A stretch of 32,000 nucleotides of DNA from Candidatus Saccharimonadota bacterium (GTDB taxonomy: Bacteria > Patescibacteriota > Microgenomatia > UBA1406 > GWC2-37-13). The stretch spans positions 720,001 to 752,000 of the forward strand of contig MGBH01000001.1 in NCBI GenBank assembly GCA_001790095.1, written 5' to 3'. Of this stretch, positions 26,553 to 32,000 are shown piece after piece (positions within the stretch are counted from its first letter, which is position 1; each line of letters opens with the position of its first letter). The notes beneath the pieces were generated by a model. The model was not told the origin of the DNA and did no database searches. It was given only the letters and a program-made list of their open reading frames with translations. Position numbers and translations under genes: made by a program.

Positions 26553-27754
26553 TCAAACATTTCCTGCTCAATAGGAGAGAAAAAGAAAACAACAATAGGA
26601 ATAATGCCAATAAATAAAAGGGCACCGCTTAACGTTTTATCAGCTATAAATCCAACGAGGGGATTTAAAAAAACTAACACCAACCGACGTAGCATAGATA
26701 TTGATGACAGTATGGTTGCCTTTTGTCCTGATGGAATAAGTTTATTCATATAGGCCGTCATAAGTTCAAGCCGTGTCAATCCAAATCCCCCGGCCAATAC
26801 AACAAACAACATGACGGTAATAATGTTAGGAATCAAAGCTACCACAAAAAACATAAAAGATGTGATAAGAGCGCTAAATCGTAAATATTGTTTTGCCCCG
26901 CCAAAAAGTTTTTCCAATCGTACGAAGTTTGCTGCGATCAAAACCTCAGTCAAAGCCATGACAGCATGCAATAAACCAAAATATATGAGAGGAATACCAA
27001 GTGACTGCAATAATGGTTGATACAACCAGATAACAAAATAGGCAGCAGCTGCAACGATAACAGCATCAAGCGCAATAAGACGTAAAACGCGATGATGGTA
27101 AAAGAAATTCAATCCTGTTTTCAAAATAATCATATATCTTTTACTTTCCGATACTTTATCTTTTAGGATAGGTTCTTTTATATTCCAAGCTATGACTGCT
27201 GCAATAAAAAAAGGTATTGCACAAAATAACATAGGCGCATTGACGCCAAATATGGAAGCCATGATTCCACCGATCGGCGCTGAAATAAGCATGGCGATAA
27301 GCTGTATCGCGTGTGCTTTACCTGCAAGATGTTTTATCTCTCCCTCTCTTCCCTCTTCTTTGAGTGCGTCATACAACAATGCGTCATCCGCTCCTGACAT
27401 AAAAGAAAAGGCTGCAGCAAACAAAAACTCTCCCAGCAAAAAGACCGGGTAAGAAGGGACGCTCCCATAGATCAATGCGCCAAAGGTGACAACCAATGCT
27501 CCCATTGCCAGTGAGTATTTGCGGCCAAAATAATCCGCTACCACTCCTGTTGGCACTTCAAGGATAAAGATCCACAACATAAACCATGACTGAAGTATCA
27601 AAATCTGAAATTTACTGATATGCGCCCAGTTGGTATAGATAGGCACAAGTACTGCAGAAAAAAAATGCAGATTCACAAAAAAAGTAAAGGCGAAATAACG
27701 CCAGATAGTTTTAGAACTGTTTTTTACAAAATAGTGCTTAATACTTTTTTTCAT
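26549..27754 (-). CDS. MFS transporter
   Basis: 12 TM helices and MFS motif A GVVADYFGRKYSL between TM2 and TM3. Preceded by GGAGG 9 nt upstream of the ATG. Confidence 0.85.
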   Translation of the reverse strand: MKKSIKHYFVKNSSKTIWRYFAFTFFVNLHFFSAVLVPIYTNWAHISKFQILILQSWFMLWIFILEVPTGVVADYFGRKYSLAMGALVVTFGALIYGSVPSYPVFLLGEFLFAAAFSFMSGADDALLYDALKEEGREGEIKHLAGKAHAIQLIAMLISAPIGGIMASIFGVNAPMLFCAIPFFIAAVIAWNIKEPILKDKVSESKRYMIILKTGLNFFYHHRVLRLIALDAVIVAAAAYFVIWLYQPLLQSLGIPLIYFGLLHAVMALTEVLIAANFVRLEKLFGGAKQYLRFSALITSFMFFVVALIPNIITVMLFVVLAGGFGLTRLELMTAYMNKLIPSGQKATILSSISMLRRLVLVFLNPLVGFIADKTLSGALLFIGIIPIVVFFFSPIEQEMFD

Positions 27755-27757
27755 ACT

Positions 27758-27780
27758 AAAAAACCCTCCGATTCGGAGGG
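27758..27780 (-). terminator. Intrinsic terminator-like hairpin in the 5' leader of the MFS gene; its 3' arm contains the SD
   Basis: The minus strand reads CCCTCCG-AAT-CGGAGGG-TTTTTT-AGT-ATG. The stem is 7 bp (5 G:C pairs) and the T6 tract ends 3 nt before the start codon. Confidence 0.6.
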
Positions 27781-27802
27781 CTGTGCGTAATAGTTTATAA
27801 AG

Positions 27803-27895
27803 TTATCTTCCGCTATTACCACAGCCGCCGTGTTTAGCCTCGTTTTCAACGAGGGTATCCATGCGAAGTAAAGTGGTAATACAGAGATAAAACAT
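27803..27895 (-). CDS. Candidate leaderless leader peptide (uORF, 30 codons)
   Basis: ATG at 27895 sits 6 nt after TGCTATAAT and encodes MFYLCITTLLRMDTLVENEAKHGGCGNSGR*. It spans segments 1 and 2 of the alternative helices. No independent evidence of translation. Confidence 0.35.
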   Translation of the reverse strand: MFYLCITTLLRMDTLVENEAKHGGCGNSGR

Positions 27896-27901
27896 AAAGT
27901 T

Positions 27902-27910
27902 ATTATAGCA
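27902..27910 (-). promoter_or_regulatory. Extended -10 promoter TGCTATAAT
   Basis: Perfect TGnTATAAT on the minus strand, 141 nt upstream of the MFS start codon. Confidence 0.55.
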
Positions 27911-27951
27911 TACTAATACTCTTTAGAGCCGTGTTTACTGTTTGCTTGACT

Positions 27952-27973
27952 TTGTATTAATCTTGTATTAATC
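27952..27973 (+). repeat. Perfect tandem duplication of an 11-mer (TTGTATTAATC x2)
   Basis: Copies at 27952-27962 and 27963-27973, immediately after TTGACT (27946-27951), in the divergent region between the MFS leader promoter and gene 28006. Confidence 0.7.
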
Positions 27974-28005
27974 TTAAATTATAAGTTGATATAACATCTG
28001 ACAGA

Positions 28006-28743
28006 ATGACAACTAAATCTTCAAAGATCTGCATGAGTAAACAATTCCTTATTGTTTTAGGGATTATGTTTGGTCTTTTTCTGCTTATTATGGGCGTCAA
28101 TTATGTAAACTCCCTCAAGCTTTCCCAAAACACCCGTGCATCAGGTCAAGATAGATACGGACTTGAATTTTATAGACTAAAAGATCAAAGATTAGCGACT
28201 CCATCAGCCCTTCCTGATCTGACCATCCAAAATATTACTGCTTCTTCAACTGCAAATCCATCTGAATATATGATCTCTGTCATAGTAAAAAATCAAGGGG
28301 CTTCAGTAGCAAAGGATTTTAATCTCTACGGATATATTGATCCATCAGAGTATCCACCTACACCTCAAACCCCAGAAACATTTGCAACTTTTTCCGCCAA
28401 TTTAAATCCCGGTGAGCTATTTACCTATACATATACAGATTCGTTGAGTGAAGGAACGCATAATATATATACATGGGTAGACCGTGACAATAAGGTGGTT
28501 GAGTCTCGTGAAGATAATAACACCAAAGATTGCCAAGCTAGTATTGAGAATGGAGCAATCACTATGAAATGTTTTACTAAAATCTTCCTTCCCATCATCA
28601 ATAAAAAAACCAGCATCAACTGTATTCCTCCTATGACCTCTCCCCCCGTATCACAAAATACAGATAATAATATAGCCGATCTTCCTGTATGTACTCCCCC
28701 TCCTGATCTTCCGGACAGACCAATAACCCCTCCTAATCTATAA
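28006..28743 (+). CDS. Membrane-anchored CARDB-domain protein with a Pro-rich tail
   Basis: N-terminal TM (FLIVLGIMFGLFLLIMGV). The CARDB pattern is LPDLTIQNI...ISVIVKNQGASVAKDFNLYGYID...GTHNIYTWVDRDNKVVESREDNN. Confidence 0.7.
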   Translation: MTTKSSKICMSKQFLIVLGIMFGLFLLIMGVNYVNSLKLSQNTRASGQDRYGLEFYRLKDQRLATPSALPDLTIQNITASSTANPSEYMISVIVKNQGASVAKDFNLYGYIDPSEYPPTPQTPETFATFSANLNPGELFTYTYTDSLSEGTHNIYTWVDRDNKVVESREDNNTKDCQASIENGAITMKCFTKIFLPIINKKTSINCIPPMTSPPVSQNTDNNIADLPVCTPPPDLPDRPITPPNL

Positions 28744-28814
28744 GAAATTAGCGACTTGATCTACCAAACATAGATACACAGATTATTACAAGGCCACGTG
28801 TATGAAGATCTTTC

Positions 28815-28843
28815 TTGAAATAATCGAGGTGAAAGATTATAAT
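28815..28843 (+). promoter_or_regulatory. Near-consensus promoter TTGAAA-17 nt-TATAAT upstream of the MoaA-like gene
   Basis: TTGAAA at 28815-28820 and TATAAT at 28838-28843. This predicts a ~45-nt leader to ATG 28895. Confidence 0.55.
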
Positions 28844-28862
28844 ATGTATCTAATATGTATCT
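28841..28862 (+). repeat. Perfect tandem duplication of an 11-mer (AATATGTATCT x2) overlapping the -10 box and the predicted TSS
   Basis: Copies at 28841-28851 and 28852-28862. Confidence 0.7.
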
Positions 28863-28894
28863 CCGAATAAGAATATTTTTAAGTAGAAACTAAT

Positions 28895-29920
28895 ATGAAT
28901 GCTGAAACAATGACAATGAATCGACCATTTAATTTCTTACGCATAACAAGCGAGCCAAGCTGTACTTTTTTATGCAAGAAATGTAATCCTCAAGGAAAAT
29001 TTAATCCGCTGATGATGCCAACTCATGAAGTTCTTGAAACGGTTCAAGCAGCTGTTGAACTCGGCATTGATACCGTCCACCTTATTGGAGGTGAACCAAG
29101 TAAACGAAAAGATATCGTTGAATTAGTAGCCGGTATGAAAAAGGTAGGTATACAAACCATAGAAATGACCACAAACGGTGTTCCTTTTTACCGACTTGCA
29201 GAACCACTAGCAAAGGCTGGTTTAACAGGAGTCAATGTCAGCCTAGATACATTTGATCCTGAAAAATTCAAAGAACTTACGGGAAGAAGAGCCCTACCGC
29301 TCACGCTTGAGGCCATAAGAAAAGCAAAAGAACTGTTTAAAAAAGTTGCAATCAACATGGTTGTCATGAGGCGTAATTTCGACGAGATAAGAGATTTTGT
29401 TGAGTTTTCTAGAACTACAGGGATAATGGTCCGTTTTTGTGAACTAACACCGCATGGTCCGTTTATGGAAACCAATCCAGAATTTTTTGACGATAATCAT
29501 GTTCCTAAAGAGGAGATAATGGAAGCCCTGAAGGCAATAGCTCCTCTTGAGAATGCAAGCAAACAAGATATTGATACACAAAATGCCCATTCAGAGTATT
29601 ATACCCTCGGAGGAGGTTTTAATGGTATGAAGATGGGCGTCATAACTCAATATTCAAATGGATGGCCATGTCCTGGCCCCGAATGTACAAGGCTCCGTAT
29701 AGGACCAACAAGTGCAAATTCTTGTGTTGTTTTTCCTGACCATAACCTCATGGGCTTATCTTTAGCAGAAAAAAGAGCCGTTCTTCAAGAACTTATAGAA
29801 GAAAGAAGAGGACAGATGAAAGAAGGATTCCCGAAGCAACATGATCCAACAGATTCCTATCCTCTATATAGGTTTGGTCTACGCAAATCCGTAGATAATA
29901 TTCCAGTTACCCCAGCTTAA
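28895..29920 (+). CDS. MoaA-like radical SAM enzyme (GTP 3',8-cyclase family fold, divergent)
   Basis: Collinear with MoaA: LRITSEPSCTFLCKKCNPQG (Cx3Cx2C), LIGGEPSKRKDIVELV, MTTNG, AGLTGVNVSLDTFDPEKFKELTG, VRFCELTP, and a second cluster-like CPGPECTRLRIGPTSANSC. It lacks the MoaA C-terminal Gly-Gly, and the Cys spacing of the second cluster differs. Confidence 0.75.
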   Translation: MNAETMTMNRPFNFLRITSEPSCTFLCKKCNPQGKFNPLMMPTHEVLETVQAAVELGIDTVHLIGGEPSKRKDIVELVAGMKKVGIQTIEMTTNGVPFYRLAEPLAKAGLTGVNVSLDTFDPEKFKELTGRRALPLTLEAIRKAKELFKKVAINMVVMRRNFDEIRDFVEFSRTTGIMVRFCELTPHGPFMETNPEFFDDNHVPKEEIMEALKAIAPLENASKQDIDTQNAHSEYYTLGGGFNGMKMGVITQYSNGWPCPGPECTRLRIGPTSANSCVVFPDHNLMGLSLAEKRAVLQELIEERRGQMKEGFPKQHDPTDSYPLYRFGLRKSVDNIPVTPA

Positions 29921-30021
29921 TGCTCGTTTGCTACCCTTTAGTTTACAATGTTTCAAAAACTTAAGAGGAAAAATTAAGAAATGGAGTACAAGGCACAAAG
30001 GAAAATTAAAAATTCTTCTTG

Positions 30022-30027
30022 TATAAT
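30022..30027 (+). promoter_or_regulatory. -10 box TATAAT 6 nt upstream of ATG 30034
   Basis: CTTGTATAAT-TAGTGT-ATG. No SD and a poor -35. Confidence 0.4.
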
Positions 30028-30033
30028 TAGTGT

Positions 30034-30555
30034 ATGTCAGTCGGAATACTAACCCCACCAGAAGATGCAAATCTCATCGCCTTAGCTGAACAAATTATGA
30101 GAACTCTACAGGATGCATCTGGTAATACTCTTTCACTGGACGCAGGGCAACAACAAAAACTATTGATGACAATTTTAACTGACATGAAAATGCTTGGAAC
30201 AGGAGAAATACCCACAGCTTATCTCAATAATCCAACATTATTTGCAGAATTGGCAAAAGGATTAGTCCGTATCCCCGAAGAACTAAAACCTCCTGAGAAA
30301 CTTATAGCTCAACAATGTGCAGTCCTGGGATATAACGCTGTCTGTAGACAACTGGAATTTGCATATAATTACGATCCCACAGCTGGTTCACAAACATTAG
30401 ATCAAGCACATGCTAGAACACTAAGCAATACATTTGCAGGCATGCGTCAAAAAAGGATTAATCTATGTGACACAGGCGCATCATTAGCTTCGCAAGTTAA
30501 ACAATTCATAAAACCACAAGCAACACCAGCAGTTACTGCTTTACCTCAAGCTTAA
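30034..30555 (+). CDS. Hypothetical soluble protein (173 aa)
   Basis: ORF behind a -10 box. No TM helix and no recognised motif. Q/A/T/L-rich. Confidence 0.6.
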   Translation: MSVGILTPPEDANLIALAEQIMRTLQDASGNTLSLDAGQQQKLLMTILTDMKMLGTGEIPTAYLNNPTLFAELAKGLVRIPEELKPPEKLIAQQCAVLGYNAVCRQLEFAYNYDPTAGSQTLDQAHARTLSNTFAGMRQKRINLCDTGASLASQVKQFIKPQATPAVTALPQA

Positions 30556-30556
30556 T

Positions 30557-30886
30557 ATGTTAGAATCACCACAACAAGTCCAACCCCCTAAAAAAGAACA
30601 GCCACGGTCAGTTTCTGGTCTGGGAAGAATGATAATAGGATTGAGAAATTTTTTTTATCGCCCCGAAAAGACTCCACAAACTGCGCCTACACAAACAAAT
30701 CCTATAGACGTACTGATGGCACAAGTAAGACTTCATGCTGCGTCTGAGGTTGCTCTAGATGAGGCGTCAAGAGAAAACCAACGTCTTGATGCTGCTGTTG
30801 CAGCTCTTGAAAGAGCGACTCAACAACCAATAGAGGAAGATTCAGAAATACAGGCAATAATGAGGCAATTTAAATCACCTCAATAA
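30557..30886 (+). CDS. Hypothetical protein (109 aa); disordered Pro/Gln/Thr-rich N-terminal half and helical Ala-rich C-terminal half
   Basis: The ATG is 1 nt after the stop of 30034..30555, which suggests translational coupling. No motif recognised. Confidence 0.55.
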   Translation: MLESPQQVQPPKKEQPRSVSGLGRMIIGLRNFFYRPEKTPQTAPTQTNPIDVLMAQVRLHAASEVALDEASRENQRLDAAVAALERATQQPIEEDSEIQAIMRQFKSPQ

Positions 30887-30961
30887 ACTCCTATTTACCC
30901 GCCCATCAATACCATTCACTTTGAATACATGATCAAGCTTTATAAAGAAATATAGGACTTT

Positions 30962-30970
30962 TGATACAAT
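30962..30970 (+). promoter_or_regulatory. Extended -10 promoter TGATACAAT 5 nt upstream of ATG 30976
   Basis: TTGATACAAT-AAAGC-ATG. Confidence 0.45.
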
Positions 30971-30975
30971 AAAGC

Positions 30976-32000
30976 ATGTTGAGGACTTTCATAATAGCCT
31001 TTCTCTTGCTTTTCTGCATCGCCGTTGGTGCGTATCTGATCTTTCCCAAACAAAAACCTAAACCATTCATAAAAACACCAAAAAAAATAACATATGCTAA
31101 AAAAATGGCTTTCCATGTGTTTAGAAGAGGGCTACCCGATTTTAACGAAGATGTTGAGAAGTGGAATAAAGAGCAAAAACAAACAAGCAAGGTAGTAACA
31201 GTAGACTTTGATGGCAAAATCTCACAACTTGGTGCCGGTGAAACCTATCAAAAATATTATGAACAAGAAGCCACCTATACACAATATAAAAGCTATAGAG
31301 AGGTAATACGGGATGAATTCAAAAGACTCACCCGCCTGTCACCCTCTAACATTAATATAAACGCTTTGGATTACGAAGCCTTGAAAGCGCTTGTTACGGT
31401 ATACCAAAAAGAAACAGATGAGGTAAAAGAAGTTTGGACTGTTGACCCGGTTGCAAAAAGTGCTCGGAAAGTAATGTCTATAAAAAATGGTTACGATGTA
31501 TGTAACCATTTCATCGGCTGGGCGCATAAACAAAGCGAAATCTATGCATATGCGTTGTCAACAACCCCAGCTAACGAATATATCAGGGAATTTTGCATAT
31601 ATTCAGCGGATACTGGCAAAAAATTAAAGACTATTCCCCTTTCGGAGGAAAATTTGGAAAGGAATACTGCCCTATATTATGACCCAAAAAGCAGGATAGC
31701 GCTGACTGATGAAAACGCCGTTGATTTTTCATCTTTCAAATCGTATAAAGCTCCGATCCACAAACTTCCGGATCAAAGCATACACTGGTATTCTGCGCGT
31801 AATGGTAGAGTGGTTATTAGCTATGGCAAACCAACCACTTTTGCCATATATGACATTGGTACAGGCGCAACTTCATCCCCTATTATCCTAGAACCTCTTT
31901 TTTATGAGGAAAAAGGTTCAGTCACTGCTGAAGTATCGATTGATAACAGATATATTCTTTTGAAAAAAAGTCTTCCCGATTTCAGACAGTGTTATCGGGT
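30976..32000 (+). CDS. 5' part of a membrane-anchored hypothetical protein (open at the window's 3' edge); absent from the supplied ORF track
   Basis: I translated frame 1 by hand from ATG 30976 to nt 32000, giving 341 codons with no stop. An in-frame TAA at 30970-30972 sits just upstream. The N-terminal anchor is MLRTFIIAFLLLFCIAVGAYLIF. The track ORFs 30933..31217(-), 31339..31533(-) and 31709..31891(+) all lie inside it. Confidence 0.7.
   Translation, partial: MLRTFIIAFLLLFCIAVGAYLIFPKQKPKPFIKTPKKITYAKKMAFHVFRRGLPDFNEDVEKWNKEQKQTSKVVTVDFDGKISQLGAGETYQKYYEQEATYTQYKSYREVIRDEFKRLTRLSPSNININALDYEALKALVTVYQKETDEVKEVWTVDPVAKSARKVMSIKNGYDVCNHFIGWAHKQSEIYAYALSTTPANEYIREFCIYSADTGKKLKTIPLSEENLERNTALYYDPKSRIALTDENAVDFSSFKSYKAPIHKLPDQSIHWYSARNGRVVISYGKPTTFAIYDIGTGATSSPIILEPLFYEEKGSVTAEVSIDNRYILLKKSLPDFRQCYR

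Noticed and set aside
27779-27895. Assignment of the MFS leader to a known riboswitch class (fluoride, guanidine-I/II/III, purine, TPP, preQ1, ZTP)
   Set aside because: I compared it from memory with the conserved cores. It shares only ACACGGCGG with the ykkC consensus, and the other ykkC blocks are absent. No class fits, so it is left unclassified pending a covariance-model search.
29981-30052. 23-codon micro-ORF (MEYKAQRKIKNSSCIISVCQSEY) just downstream of the MoaA-like rSAM, considered as a possible RiPP precursor
   Set aside because: It is tempting because of the two Cys residues and the adjacent rSAM. However, the rSAM has no recognisable RRE or SPASM maturase features, the SD spacing is long (12 nt), and the ORF overlaps the -10 box and start of gene 30034. 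ORFs of this size are frequent by chance. It would only be worth revisiting if it is conserved in relatives.
30933-31891. Track ORFs 30933..31217(-), 31339..31533(-) and 31709..31891(+)
   Set aside because: All are contained in the 341-codon open frame starting at 30976(+), which has a promoter and a membrane anchor.
1-32000. CRISPR arrays, IS elements or transposases, integrases, reverse transcriptase/DGR, prophage genes, rRNA, and an alternative genetic code
   Set aside because: I saw no regularly spaced repeat array and no DDE, tyrosine or serine recombinase or RT motifs in any ORF. Long ORFs are intact under the standard code, so stop-codon reassignment is not needed.

Overview
This is an AT-rich, gene-dense bacterial chromosomal segment that reads cleanly with the standard genetic code. 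It holds about 33 protein-coding genes on both strands and one tRNA-His. I saw no rRNA, CRISPR array, transposase, integrase, reverse transcriptase or phage structural genes.

Housekeeping anchors are dnaB, hflX, an ABC exporter pair, tRNA-His(GTG) and an EpmA-type EF-P lysine ligase. The rest falls into three groups:
- Envelope and surface genes: two tandem membrane-anchored metzincin-like proteases, a PAP2 phosphatase, a GT-C-like glycosyltransferase, a VanY/M15 peptidase, a CARDB protein and several Pro/Thr-linker anchored proteins.
- Transporters: EamA and MFS.
- Orphan genes with no recognisable family.

The gene style would fit a small-genome Patescibacteria/CPR-like organism, but that is inference only.

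The observations most worth a second look are:
1. A leaderless 30-codon uORF with 1:2/2:3/3:4 alternative helices, ending in a terminator that also sequesters the Shine-Dalgarno (SD) site, directly upstream of the MFS transporter (27758-27910).
2. A divergently transcribed locus (13987-22200) that joins a 7TM protein, an output-less CHASE sensor, a SPASM/twitch radical SAM enzyme coupled to epmA and an EamA exporter with a TrmB-like regulator, a HAD-kinase fusion and an aldo/keto reductase.
3. An orphan MoaA-like radical SAM gene with no molybdopterin genes nearby (28895-29920).
4. A duplicated palindrome-plus-consensus-promoter cassette driving two orphan genes (11389-12677).
5. A degenerate copy of the tRNA-His 3' half carrying a 34-nt insertion (7973-8034).
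6. A recurrent (TGn)TATAAT-N5/6-ATG architecture that predicts leaderless mRNAs for most unit-initial genes.

The supplied ORF track misses two ORFs that run off the window edges (3..620 and 30976..32000). Several of its starts are TTG or GTG codons upstream of better ATG starts. All functional calls come from motif recognition by eye; no database search was run.
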